DNA from: Corallochytrium limacisporum Hawaii | Lineage: Eukaryota > Protista > Pluriformea | Reading direction: 5' to 3' | Assembly (NCBI GenBank): GCA_002811645.1 | Contig: PDIP01000039.1 | Span: 109,061-173,060 of the forward strand | Length of the DNA: 64,000 nucleotides | In this document: piece by piece, positions 9,918-20,979 of the stretch | Numbering within the stretch: the first letter of the stretch is position 1 | Layout of the letters: each line of letters opens with the position of its first letter | The notes under the pieces: model-generated | What the model was told of the DNA's origin: nothing | Database searches by the model: none | Seen by the model: only the letters and a program-made list of their open reading frames with translations | Position numbers and translations under genes: made by a program

Positions 9918-11528
9918 TCATGCACCGGCGTCAGTGGCTGCTGACAGAGCGTTTTTGACGAATGCTTCAACTTTGCCAAGGTCCTTTTGGCCATCAGTCT
10001 CCACACCGCTGCTCACATCGACGGCGTACGGGACGCACTGCTTCACAGCACTGCCAACATTGTCAGGCACAATACCACCAGCCATCATAATAGGATATTC
10101 TTTAGCTAATTCCTCAGCCAGCTTCCAGTCAAAGGTCTGACCACTGCCACCGCTGTGTGCTGTGTTCGGGACCTTGGTGTCAAGGAGGATGAGGGCGTAA
10201 TGTCCAGGAACTATTCTCTGCTTCAAGGAATCTACGGTGTCGTTTGCGGCAACATGAACTGCCCGTACTACTGGCCGCTCAATGGAGTTTGCCATCTCGT
10301 CGGATTCACCACCGTGGAACTGGACCATATCCAGATTTACCTCCCGTACAATGGAATTGATCTCATCAGCGGTCTGGTTCTGAAAGACTCCCACGAACAG
10401 AGGAGGGGCGACGTGCATCTCACGGCTTAGAGCATTGCTCCACTTTGTGAACCAGGTCTTACCGTCCTTCTCGTCACGGCTAGGCCTTCCCGGGTAGTCA
10501 CGGACACCCTTGTGACCACTTGCCCGAGGGACAGTAGTACGCACGTGCTGCACAATCTCCTTCGCCGTGTCAACAGAGACGCATCGCTTAGTACCCGGTA
10601 CAAAGATCATCCCAACCATACCAGCTCCACTCTCAACGGCCTTCACAGCAGCTTCCTTGGTGCGCACGCCACAGATCTTGACGTGGACATTGTCACCGCC
10701 CTTCTCACTGACCTTTCCGAGCAGCTGTTGAATCTTCTTCCCTGCGTTAGCCACCCGCATCAGTGATTCACCGACGAGAACCCCGTGAATGCCGGCCTCT
10801 TCGGCCTCAGCCACATCGGCACGGGTGGAAATGCCAGAGAGAGACAACACAAAGGTACCCGGGGGGACCAGAGACATAAGATTCTTTGTAGTATTCAGAT
10901 CGACTTCGAAAGTGTGTAGGTTGCGGTTGTTGACCCCTATAACTTTCGCTCCCAAGGCCACTGCACGTTTCATTTCTTCTACATTTTGTACCTCAACCAA
11001 CGGCTCCATTCCATATCGGCGGCACTCAGCAATCAGTTCACTAATTGATGCGTCCTCAAGCATCTTCACAATAAGCAACAGGGTGTCTGCACCGTAAGCC
11101 AATGCTTCCGTAACTTGGTAGGTATCCAAAACAAAATCTTTCCGCAGAATCGCGGGCCTCTGTTCACCCAGCTTTTCATTGGTCAGTTTGCGGATAGCCT
11201 TCATGTCATCAAGAGTTCCTTTGAACCACTTCGGCTCCGTCAAAATGCTAATGATAGCGGCACCACCATTGGCGTACAGCAATGCCTGCTCTGTAACGTT
11301 ACAGTCGGGAGCAATGTCTCCTTTGCTGGGGCTTGCTCGCTTGATCTCTGCCGCTAGCACAGACTTGGTCTTCTTGTCGGCATCCAGGCTAGCCTTGATG
11401 TGTTCATACAGGTTCTTGGGTGTACCGTAGGTCTGTGCCTGTTGTTCCAGCTCTTCCAAGGAGCGCTCCTTCTTTGCAGCTTCGACGTCTTCGCGACGCT
11501 GCGCATAAATTTTGTCTAGGATTGACAT
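9918..11528 (-). CDS. Bifunctional indole-3-glycerol phosphate synthase / phosphoribosylanthranilate isomerase (TrpC-TrpF)
   Basis: IGPS motifs AEIKRASPSKG, ISILTEPKWFKG, LRKDF, GVNNRNL. PRAI motifs VKICG, QFHG, GGSGQTFDW, VDVSSGVE. ATG (MSILDKI) at 11528. Confidence 0.95.
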   Translation of the reverse strand: MSILDKIYAQRREDVEAAKKERSLEELEQQAQTYGTPKNLYEHIKASLDADKKTKSVLAAEIKRASPSKGDIAPDCNVTEQALLYANGGAAIISILTEPKWFKGTLDDMKAIRKLTNEKLGEQRPAILRKDFVLDTYQVTEALAYGADTLLLIVKMLEDASISELIAECRRYGMEPLVEVQNVEEMKRAVALGAKVIGVNNRNLHTFEVDLNTTKNLMSLVPPGTFVLSLSGISTRADVAEAEEAGIHGVLVGESLMRVANAGKKIQQLLGKVSEKGGDNVHVKICGVRTKEAAVKAVESGAGMVGMIFVPGTKRCVSVDTAKEIVQHVRTTVPRASGHKGVRDYPGRPSRDEKDGKTWFTKWSNALSREMHVAPPLFVGVFQNQTADEINSIVREVNLDMVQFHGGESDEMANSIERPVVRAVHVAANDTVDSLKQRIVPGHYALILLDTKVPNTAHSGGSGQTFDWKLAEELAKEYPIMMAGGIVPDNVGSAVKQCVPYAVDVSSGVETDGQKDLGKVEAFVKNALSAATDAGA

Positions 11529-12150
11529 CGCGCGAAGGAAATCACAATTACGCACCCTTGGTTATGTCTTATGAAGCTTATGCATGCTTTGTAGTTTCTC
11601 TTTGAGTACCACCGGAGAACCTTTTCCAAGCGGTGTCTCGCTCATGGCATGCGACCCTCCTGGTTCGCAAGGAGTGGTTGTTTGCTAACCCGTGACTCAT
11701 TTTCATCCACGCTTCAATCCTTTTCGTCCGGAAGCATAATACCCCACCTCCCACGAAGAGGTGGCGGATATATAGAAAAGAAATGGTGCTTCAGGGACGA
11801 ATGGACACAATTATTGCAATTTTTGTCAGCTGATCGTGATGGAGAACTGGTAGCCACAATGGTCCAAAGCTCTTCTGAAGGTGTGTGTAGATAAAATATA
11901 CGGTGAGGTAATGCACCATTTTAAATATCCGGACGTCGCTGACTATCCAGTTCATACCAAGAGTAGGGGAAAAGAGGGTACGTAGAGTTTTGGGCGCGAA
12001 AGTTTCTAACGGGTTCGGTATCGTCTCCACCTCGTCCCACCAGTATCTGCATTGTCCTGACCTTGGTGGTATTTAGGGGACGTTGAAGCATGAATCAAAC
12101 CGACAGTACCAACTTCAATGAATGAATAATCAGTGATACACCTAGGCAAA

Positions 12151-13617
12151 ATGGAGGAATATAGTTCGCGGGACGGTCCTCTCGATGATGCCTGGAGCAG
12201 GCTACCGGTTGGGAATCAATTCTCGATCACAGCTGATTCTGGCCTGCCCAAGCGGGTTCACATTCCAGTTGAACAGCTGAAATTTCTCCTGCATATAGAC
12301 AAATTCGGCGACGAACAGGGATTTGCAAAACTGGAAGGTCGTTTGCTGGGGAATGGGCCAGAATTTGTAGAATCAAAAACTGGAACGGTTGACTTTGTCC
12401 ACATTGATGCATGGGACAGGACGGTTGATATGCATACTATTGGTCCATGTTTGCCTGAGGAAATGTGTGCTCTGATCTGGACCTCTCAACCAAACAGTCA
12501 GCACATTCAATGCGAGGCATGTCCATTGGTAACAAGCGGAGGCATCTTTAGCTCTTTGCGCGCGGATTTGTTTATTTCACCGGCTTTCGAGGATGGCGGG
12601 CCTCCACACATGCCACAGAGAGCTGTGAAAGTACGAATGCAAGCTGGCATTCCTGATCTAGTCTTTCGGGCCATCGAAATTGAAGGTTGTGCTCTGGATA
12701 AGATATACAAAGGCAGCATGTGGAACAGTTTGCAGGGTGGTGCAGCCCACCAAGTGAACCAGTGGGGGTATCTAATATATTCTGAGGGCTACGTATATCA
12801 TAGCACAGACACAAGACACGAGGATCAGGGCGATGCTTCTCAGGTCTGTGGTCTGTGGCTTGTAGTTTCTAGCACCACACGACTAGAAGACAGTCGCAGC
12901 CTCTCTTTGGCACTTACAAGGTATGTGTACGATCTCCAAGCCGGACAACCCTTTTACACCTATGACTCTGGATGTTTTCTTGTGTGTGTGGTGTACGCTG
13001 AAGTCGACACCTATACCGCGGATGGGCCCATGCCGGAATGGTACGAAGTTCAGCTTACTGCACGGAACATTGAGTCTCCATCGTATCTATACTCTACTGG
13101 AGAGACACAGACGATCGTCGGACGGGATGCACTGATAACCATGTCCCTGGAACGATCGGATGCGATTGTACCCATTGACGCCATGGAAATGGAGGACGTA
13201 CAAGAAATGATCGATGTGGCTGAGCCTAATGATGTTGAGGATTATGAATGCATGGAAGAGGCGTTTCACACAAGTCTTCTGCGAGATTTGAAGTCGATCA
13301 TCAATGACAGAACAGAAGAAACTCAAGACAAAGAACACGCTGACAAAGCGGAGACGGCCTTGTATGAAAACGACCTCGAGCTCATCGAGGTGCCGGAACC
13401 TAAGGTTGCAGAGAAGACGTCTGAACTGACTGCTTCACGACTTCAGTTCGACATGCCATCACATCCGTACTTCGCCAAGCATCCTGAACTCACTGCAATC
13501 ATCAGGGACTCTGCCATACTTCCCCGAGGGGAATCCGCAATGAACTTGACCCAGGGTACCAGGAACTACCTACGCTCCCTCGGGCTGAGCCTTGACGGAA
13601 CGTCTCCATCGGCATGA
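12151..13617 (+). CDS. STIL: STIL/SIL-like centriole assembly protein (STIL N-terminal domain plus STAN-like motif)
   Basis: Ordered matches to recalled human STIL: WSRLPVG~WNPTPTG, IDAWD~VDRFD, WGYLIYSE~YGYLTMDE, VCGLWL~LVGIWL, DSGCFLVCVVY~ESGNFIIVLY, PEWYEV~PEFYEC. C-terminal NLTQGTRNYLRSLGL~NMSFATKKYMKRYGL. Confidence 0.7.
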   Translation: MEEYSSRDGPLDDAWSRLPVGNQFSITADSGLPKRVHIPVEQLKFLLHIDKFGDEQGFAKLEGRLLGNGPEFVESKTGTVDFVHIDAWDRTVDMHTIGPCLPEEMCALIWTSQPNSQHIQCEACPLVTSGGIFSSLRADLFISPAFEDGGPPHMPQRAVKVRMQAGIPDLVFRAIEIEGCALDKIYKGSMWNSLQGGAAHQVNQWGYLIYSEGYVYHSTDTRHEDQGDASQVCGLWLVVSSTTRLEDSRSLSLALTRYVYDLQAGQPFYTYDSGCFLVCVVYAEVDTYTADGPMPEWYEVQLTARNIESPSYLYSTGETQTIVGRDALITMSLERSDAIVPIDAMEMEDVQEMIDVAEPNDVEDYECMEEAFHTSLLRDLKSIINDRTEETQDKEHADKAETALYENDLELIEVPEPKVAEKTSELTASRLQFDMPSHPYFAKHPELTAIIRDSAILPRGESAMNLTQGTRNYLRSLGLSLDGTSPSA

Positions 13618-13975
13618 GATATTAAAATCATAAAAGACATCATAAGGACAAAACTCCGATGTCACGTTAAAATGGTGTTATGTTACCTTTACTAAAAAGT
13701 TGTGTCGCGATTTTATATGCTATGCAAAGATTCCCCAGCAATACTACGGGTACTCAGATTTTGCTGGGGTTTCCGAGTGTTGTGAAGTTCCGTTTGGAAA
13801 ATTCCCTATGATATGCAAGAATGATGCCGATATGTCAAAAATTTGAATTGTGTTTGGTTTTGTGGGAATAAAACTCTCTGCACTGTGTTGCCCGAACTAT
13901 GTAAGGATTTACACGTACCCCACAGATCAGAATTGTTCCCAAAAGAATTAAGATTAGCCCATAACCATGATAGCT

Positions 13976-14428
13976 CTACTGGCGGGGGGCACCGCGGCCA
14001 GCGCCACCGTAGCCTCCGCGGAACTCAGGGGCAAATTCGCCACCAGCACCAGCGGACTTCTCGTCGCGGCGATAAGCATCGCGGTCACTGCCGCCGAAGT
14101 CACGGCGGGGGCCTTCACGAGGCATAGCACGAGAAGGAGCCTTGGAACTCTTCATCAAAGTAGAAGGAATGACGTCCTGAGGCAGGTGCAGGTACTCCCG
14201 AATGTAGTCGATACCGTCGTTGGTCAGGTAGTAGTAAAAGTGGCGCCATGCAAACTGTTCCTTGACATATCCGCGAGACTTCAGGCTCTGCATAGCCTTC
14301 ATAACCTCAAGGTTGGACACAGGGATCTCGGGGTGCTGAGGGATGTGAGTGTTCTTCATGACCACAACAACGCCCTCGCTGAAGAGGTATTCGTAGATGG
14401 CCTTGCGGTTGGGCTTGGAAATCAGCAT
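13976..14428 (-). CDS. RPS10: 40S ribosomal protein S10 (eS10)
   Basis: [37 protein letters not shown]-terminal [11 protein letters not shown]. Confidence 0.98.
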   Translation of the reverse strand: MLISKPNRKAIYEYLFSEGVVVVMKNTHIPQHPEIPVSNLEVMKAMQSLKSRGYVKEQFAWRHFYYYLTNDGIDYIREYLHLPQDVIPSTLMKSSKAPSRAMPREGPRRDFGGSDRDAYRRDEKSAGAGGEFAPEFRGGYGGAGRGAPRQ

Positions 14429-15214
14429 GGTTGCAAATATTTTACGTGGAACCGACAGTTAAAATTTTCCCGATTACTCGACAGATTCCTTCACTGTTAT
14501 CGTGTGCTTCAAATACAGTAAATACCATCAGGAGCGCAAATATAACACTTGAATCTCGTATGCAGTTGACTGCAATCATAGGTGAATACATCTGGATCCC
14601 GCTGTCTGCGCCATAAAATGGACCTTCGCACACTTCATCACCCACAGTATCCCACTATGGGGTGAATATAAGACCATGTAGCTCTGTATGGCACAGTGCT
14701 AAACTGTAAGGGCCACGCCATAAGTCTGTCCTTTAGTACTGGGGACCATGGAACGGCAGTACAAAATGTACCAATTTGATCTCAGGTGGTACATTTAGTA
14801 CAGAACACAGAATCGCACCAGAATTTCGTATGTCTAGTATTAAGAGAACGCAAACACCTTTCTTGATGTAAAATTACCATAATGTTTCTTCCCCCCACCT
14901 AACACATTTTTCAATACTGCGATTCTTTCATCGAGTATTGTGTGTGTGTTTTCATAATTGTGTGTGAAACGGTCGGGGCGGGGAACAAGGGAAAGGACCG
15001 GGGAGGGAGGGTCGGCAGTGCGTGGTGTTTCCCTCATGCTCGACCCTCTTGCTGTACTTCGCAGGTATTCCCGAAGACGGATTGTTAGAAATCTCGACAT
15101 GATAATCCAATAAAGGATCATTCGACACCAGAGTAAGGGTGATTCATTGCCATTAGTTCCAAGTCAGGAGTGTAGACATGCAGTGGATTATTTAATAATT
15201 ATTGATCATACAAA

Positions 15215-16582
15215 ATGACCGAAGCAATGAAGAAGCAGATGGAGGGATGCGCACCTGTTGTTCGCACGTACCATTCTACGTGCGATGGCGAGGTACTGCT
15301 GTCCCTCGATGATCATTTCTGGATCCGGAAAGCGGGACAAAAGACTCTGACACAATACCTTCCTCTATCTGAGGAGATTCTCGCAAAGTCCCGTCTGGTA
15401 GCGCTCACAACCGCAGAGAGTCGCCGGGAATACCCCAAGGACATTGAAAGCACGAAACAGGTAGATGTCAGCGTTCTGAAAGTCACTAATGGCAATGTAC
15501 TATGTGCTGGATCTGAAATAAGTGGAACTTGGGTTGCAGTTGGGATGGAAAACAAACAGATCTGCATATTTAACGAGAGTGGGTTGGTTGGAGTGTATCT
15601 GTGCCACAAGAGACCCACATGTATCAATTTAGTCGAACAGAGTGAAGGACTGGACATAGTAGTAGCAGATAAGTCTGGTGATGTTTACAAGGGCCGCATT
15701 GAGAAGCTCAGCAACAAACATGTACTCAGAACGGGCAGTCTGTTGTTGGGACATGTGAGTATGCTTTTGGACGTAGCCATCGTCCCGAAAGCGGGTGTAA
15801 TTCTCACTGCAGAACGAGATGAGAAAGTCCGCGTCTCTGAGTATCCTGTTTGTGAGTCTATTGTCACGTTCTTGACAGGACACACTGGAATGGTACCGCT
15901 GGTAAAAGCTCTCCCTGCTGAAGCACACCATGCTGTTACACTTTCTGGTGACGCTACCATGCGTGTGTGGGACTACTTATCCGGAGCCTGCACCGCCTGC
16001 TTCAACTATAATAATGATAAAGACCAAGACATCATGGCTGCGTCGGATGAGAGCACTCTACCGCGTCTCTTTGATTCCCGGAATCGAGCAGTACTGGTCG
16101 GTGCGTACTCACCAGCGACGCAAAGCTCGGTGAAGATATATGAGGTACAGGACTCTCAGATCAAGCTTCTCAAGGACATCCGGGCACCAGAGGGTTGCAA
16201 CACAATCATTGCTGCGCGTCTATTCGCACCGGTTCAGGCCCTGATTATCAGTGCCAACGTGGAATTCCCTAACAAGAACGACGGCACGGAGGAGGCCCAC
16301 AGGCGGGAGTACGACCCAGACCGACTTGCGGCAACTGGGATTGTTGTCGAAGAGATTGATTTCAGGAGTGGTCTACGAAAAGTAGTTGATGATGTTGCTT
16401 TGTCACTTCCTAGCACAGTCATGTTTGACACCCTCAGTGATCTGCGTAAGGTTGTGGACCAACAGAACCTGGAAGCCTACGAGGAGAACAAAAAAGGTTG
16501 GCAAGACAAGAAGCGACGCGAACGTGACCGTCAGAAGGAGAGGAAGCGACAGAAATTTCATCATGCTAGCAAAGAATCGTAA
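15215..16582 (+). CDS. WDR4: tRNA m7G46 methyltransferase WD40 subunit (Trm82/WDR4)
   Basis: KRP-x-ADKSGDVY, LLGHVSMLLDV, ILTAERDEKVRVS-YP, FLTGHT; basic C-terminal NLS-like tail. Confidence 0.92.
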   Translation: MTEAMKKQMEGCAPVVRTYHSTCDGEVLLSLDDHFWIRKAGQKTLTQYLPLSEEILAKSRLVALTTAESRREYPKDIESTKQVDVSVLKVTNGNVLCAGSEISGTWVAVGMENKQICIFNESGLVGVYLCHKRPTCINLVEQSEGLDIVVADKSGDVYKGRIEKLSNKHVLRTGSLLLGHVSMLLDVAIVPKAGVILTAERDEKVRVSEYPVCESIVTFLTGHTGMVPLVKALPAEAHHAVTLSGDATMRVWDYLSGACTACFNYNNDKDQDIMAASDESTLPRLFDSRNRAVLVGAYSPATQSSVKIYEVQDSQIKLLKDIRAPEGCNTIIAARLFAPVQALIISANVEFPNKNDGTEEAHRREYDPDRLAATGIVVEEIDFRSGLRKVVDDVALSLPSTVMFDTLSDLRKVVDQQNLEAYEENKKGWQDKKRRERDRQKERKRQKFHHASKES

Positions 16583-16680
16583 TAGAGACATCGAATCGTC
16601 ATATATGGTTGCAATGTTATTTGCCGGTCGGATTATGTAAGATGAGTCCGCATACGCAAAACTCTCCCCCGCTTCCCCCA

Positions 16681-16711
16681 CCCCCCCCCCCCCCCGGGGG
16701 GGGGGGGGGGG
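16681..16711. promoter_or_regulatory. C15-G16 homopolymer palindrome ~210 bp upstream of the GULO ATG
   Basis: Directly visible; the cleanest member of a recurrent intergenic CnGn family. A regulatory role is inferred only. Confidence 0.5.
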
Positions 16712-16924
16712 AGTAGCTGTGGCTGGTGACGCGGAAATACCAGACATCACAGCCGATGGCCTCGTCGGGTGCGACACCTTCATCCTTCACAGCGGAGCTA
16801 CGTTAGGGATGGCAGAGGGAAATCTAGTACACGTCATATGGACTTCGTATAGTTTTGTAGAGTGGTCCACAAACATGGGCGAACTCATATCACAGCCGGC
16901 GAAGTGTTGGACTGAAACTTAGAT

Positions 16925-18493
16925 ATGGCAACCACAATCAAGGGGCAGGGTGGTGTCATGGTCTGGAACTGGGCCCAGACATTCCACTGCTGCCCAAGAG
17001 AATACTTTGAACCGGAGTCTGTGGATCAGATCAAGACTGTGCTCACTCGTGCTCGCAGGGAAGGAGTCAATGTCAAAGTAATCGGTGAGGGTCATAGCCC
17101 AAGCGACTTGCCGCTGTCACACGGATTTGTCGTAAATTTGAAGAAGTACACTGGTATTAAAAAAATAGATGACGCGAGAAAGCGTGTCACAGTAAAATCC
17201 GGTACAAGATTGAAAGATCTTCATGTTCTGCTGCGTAAGAGTGGATACGCGTGCAGCAATCTTGGCAGTGTCAGCGATCTAACGATTGCGGGCATCTGTC
17301 AGACTCATACTCATGGTACGGGATCAAATTTTGGTATTTTTGCCACCACAGTCACAGAGTACACCATCATCTATGCGGATGGCACTCAGGAAACCCTGAA
17401 CCTGAAGCAAATGGAGCGTTCGGGAGAAGCTTTCCGCTTTCGCGCCATTCTTGGTGGCATCGGGGCCATGGGCGTACTCGAGAGCATCACCGTTCAGGTC
17501 GAAGATGACTTCTGGCTAACTGCTAAGCAGTGCCCCAAAACCTTCGACGAGGTCCTAGAAAATGTGGAAAGAGACCGTTTTAGTGCCGAGCATTATCGAT
17601 TTTGGTGGATACCGCACACAAATATGTGTGTCGAGTGGAAAGCGAACCGTTGTGGTCCGCCCACCAAGCCACTGCCTAAGCCGGGAGTGATTGGTCGCTT
17701 TATGTCTTGGGTAAGGGACACCGTAGTTGGGTACCACCTGCTGGAGTTCGTGTATTACCTCAGCACCTCAATGCCATCGTTAGTACCTCTAATCAATAGG
17801 CTGTACTGGTATCTCCTCTTCAATAGTGAGAAGCGCCAGCTAGGGCCTAGCAATGAAGTGTTTAATTTTGATTGCTTGTTCAAACAATACGTCACGGAGT
17901 GGGCGATTCCTGCCGTGCACTGCCCTCAGGCTATGCGTGACATCAAAGCCATGATCAGAAGGGAAAAAATTAGGGCGCACTTTCCCATTGAAGTGCGGTT
18001 TGTGAAGGGAGACAAGTTTCCCATTTCACCTTGCTACGGACGTGACACATGCTACATTGGTATCATCATGTACCGTCCATATGGAAAGGACGTTGAGCAC
18101 AGTCTTTACTGGGCGGAGTTTGAAAAGATCATGCTCGGTTACCGGGGACGCCCCCATTGGGCCAAGAAGCATCCACTTACCCCGAATATGCTGAGCGATC
18201 TCTATCCAGACTTTGAGGCGTTCTGTGCATTGCGCCGGAAACTCGATCCACAAGGTGTGTTTCTAAACGACTATCTAAGGCGTTCACTATTCATTGATGA
18301 TATCAAGACGACTGTGGAAATCAGTGACAAAAGAAAAGGTCATTCTATGGACCCACCAACTGATGCAGACCTTCGACACGCAACGATCGAAAAGGCTATG
18401 GAAGAACAGAAGACTATGGATGAGGCGAAATGGCGACAGAGAATGATGAGGTCGAGCGAGGACTTAACGGCATCGTCAACGTCCTTTGGGTGA
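16925..18493 (+). CDS. GULO: L-gulonolactone oxidase / D-arabinono-1,4-lactone oxidase
   Basis: NWAQTF, GEGHSPSD (covalent FAD His), SAEHYRFWW.PHT, FNFDCLFKQYVTEWAIP, HFPIEVRF, MYRPYGK, GRPHWAK. Confidence 0.93.
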   Translation: MATTIKGQGGVMVWNWAQTFHCCPREYFEPESVDQIKTVLTRARREGVNVKVIGEGHSPSDLPLSHGFVVNLKKYTGIKKIDDARKRVTVKSGTRLKDLHVLLRKSGYACSNLGSVSDLTIAGICQTHTHGTGSNFGIFATTVTEYTIIYADGTQETLNLKQMERSGEAFRFRAILGGIGAMGVLESITVQVEDDFWLTAKQCPKTFDEVLENVERDRFSAEHYRFWWIPHTNMCVEWKANRCGPPTKPLPKPGVIGRFMSWVRDTVVGYHLLEFVYYLSTSMPSLVPLINRLYWYLLFNSEKRQLGPSNEVFNFDCLFKQYVTEWAIPAVHCPQAMRDIKAMIRREKIRAHFPIEVRFVKGDKFPISPCYGRDTCYIGIIMYRPYGKDVEHSLYWAEFEKIMLGYRGRPHWAKKHPLTPNMLSDLYPDFEAFCALRRKLDPQGVFLNDYLRRSLFIDDIKTTVEISDKRKGHSMDPPTDADLRHATIEKAMEEQKTMDEAKWRQRMMRSSEDLTASSTSFG

Positions 18494-19279
18494 GGCCTCA
18501 TGACGAAGTTAGATAGGCCATCGGGGTGGAGAAAGAATTCTTGATTTCTGTGTACTGTTGAGCCATCTTGTCCGTGGTTCTTCATTTCGCAACCGTCCCT
18601 ACGTCGGGCACTCGCCCCTTTCAAGAGCTACTCAAGTAAGTCGGAGCGGCAGATACCCGACACCTAATATACATACGGATAGCTCTATCTAAAATTGAAT
18701 CAAAGAATCAAAATAATTCAACAGCCGACGCTCCAGAGCGGGTACTTCATCCGAGGCAATCCAGACCCATTGCAGACACATTTGGACAAATAGTAGCACA
18801 TTGCTGGGTTTCACACAGACGAGCATCAAAGCAACAGCCGACCACAAATGCCAATACAAACAAGGGAATGGGTGCGCAACGGTCGTGCAGATTCTGCAAG
18901 AGAGGCCCTTGTTTCACAGCTATAATGGCAGAGTGCTTACATTTTCACTCTCGCATGCGTGCTGCATAATGGGTGTGGTGCTTGGGCGGGTAAAATAAAC
19001 ATTTTCATCATATCACGATCTTCAATTTGAAGTTACTGTTTAATTGTGTGTCGCCCATCAACGGCAGCTCAACAAATGTGTTTCTGACCCCGCGGCCCGG
19101 ATTTAACGATTCTTGCATGTTACGTTCCCTCGTGTCGATATTGCGCACGTAACGCTCACGGAGGCGGTAGTGTATCCGCCGAAAGTTTCTGCCCCTCTTC
19201 GGGTGCGCGTGTTCCCCAATCGCCATTCTGTTCCACCGAGACACACCAACTGAAACAAGAATGTGCAGAAAAAACATAC

Positions 19280-20650
19280 CGAAAGTAGAAGAGAAATGGG
19301 CCAAAGTTCCCTCCCAGCACTCGAAGATATAACTCAAACATTCTTTTGCTCTTCGTTCCACACACCACATAATACCCTATTTTTCATCTACTATGTGAGA
19401 TTGTTAACGAGTATAGGAACATACATTGAAGCGCAACGGAATGGTCAATAAGTCCTGTCCTATGTGGTAGTAAATTAGTCATCACTTATCACAACGTATA
19501 TTGTTGGGGTCCCTTCCTAGTCTTATGGCAACCATCGTTTCAGGGTGCCATGCATACTGTCTCAATCATAGGTGATAGCAATTGTTTACAAGGCTCATAA
19601 ACAATCTTGAGCAATCTACATAGGCGTTCACCATGCACTTCAAGGGGTTTCCATTCTAAGGCAACTTTCCAAACCGAAGAATAAAAGAATGGACACGGCT
19701 AACGGAAAAGATGGATTTCCAAGGTTTCCCTATTTGTCACGGTACATACTTAGAATCCCTCTGTTCCATTGTCTGGTGTCTTCGCTCCTTCAAGGCTCCT
19801 CGACATCTTCTCGGCATCCTACAGGTTGAACAATACACTCACACGCAATATTGTGTGTATACTTCCCTATTTTCTACATGACTCATGGCGATTCTGTAGT
19901 GGTTGCAAAGAAGAGTCATCATATCTCATATCAGACGATTTGAAGCTTATAACGTTTCCTTCTAAAACCGAACTGCCGACCAAATTACCGATGACATTTC
20001 CGGATTCCTTCATCAGGTTTGTCAACCGGCGATGCGTATATGTTGCCCGTTTGAAGTCATTAAGGCGATGCATGAAAATCTATCTCAGATGCATCAAAGG
20101 GACAGAGAAATCAAAACAAAACCGTAGAGACGCAGCTTTGTGTGGCGGACGAGGGAGGGGCGGTCTCCTCACAACTCCGGACGCTCTGAAACTGCATAAG
20201 ACTAGCCAGCCGTCAGACACGTTCGGTTCCATACCCATTCCTCCGGTCACAGTGTGTCTCCGGTCCTATAGAAGAAACGGTGAATACTCCCGCTTTGTAG
20301 TCTTGACTGCATATACAAAAAGGGGGTCTTTCGTTCGGCGATCAACAACTGAAGAACTTTACGCCCCCAAGTCAATCGCTTCCTAGTCCTCTCGGGGCTA
20401 TTCTCGGAGCTTCTTTGACAGTACTTTCGAACGGTAAAGAGCGATAGCCAATGTAGAGGAAAGGTCGATCGTAACCATGGTCATGTGCGATGGCACTGTG
20501 TCAAGTGTGGCCGACTGACCCCACATTTAGTCTGCTTCAGTTTAGTACGATGGTCGATGGCCATTCTCCGAGCAGGAATCCCCGACTGGAACGAATCTCT
20601 TGGTAAACTCATTAATACTTGTGTATTTGCCTCGGACTCGCTCGTGAACA
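19280..20650 (+). mobile_element. Decayed Ty1/copia retrotransposon RT-RNase H fossil
   Basis: Collinear degenerate motifs across frames: PRHLLGI (~19800), TFPDSFIRFVNR~TRPDIAFAVNR, YLRCIKGT~LRYLKGT, RRSTTEELYA~ALSTTEAEY, LSGLFSEL~LRGLLSEL, MVMCDG, YDGRWPF~IDVRYHF. Many stops and frameshifts. Confidence 0.6.
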
Positions 20651-20979
20651 TTAGAAGAACCTGGGCTTCGACCATGCACACACCTCGGATGATATGTAAA
20701 TGGAGTGTCTACCGGGAGAAGGATGCGTCGCACGGAGGATCGGGCGTCGTAGCGAAATAGGAGTGGCGAAGAATAAATGAAGCCACGGCATAAGTGTATA
20801 TGTAGGGGAAAGGCTCTAACCGCTTAAAACCGCTAGAACAGGGACGGATGGGAGGGGGAGGGTCTCGAAGCTATTTTGTCGCGCAGAGTATGCCAAGTTC
20901 ACGAGGGCGGGAACAAAAATAGTTCAAGAATTCTCAGCACTATTTCGGGTGGTGTACGGTGGACAAGAAGATGCCACTT

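Noticed and set aside
13967-14521. 184-aa plus-strand ORF
   Set aside because: Antisense shadow of RPS10.
14525-14645. Possible box C/D snoRNA on minus strand upstream of RPS10 (TGATGA..CTGA)
   Set aside because: No terminal stem and only about 8 nt of possible 18S complementarity; expected by chance.
19769-20386. 205-aa ORF as a functional gene (likewise 33504-33884, 52075-52509, 57337-57957)
   Set aside because: Non-ATG starts; better explained as degraded retroelement frames or chance ORFs.
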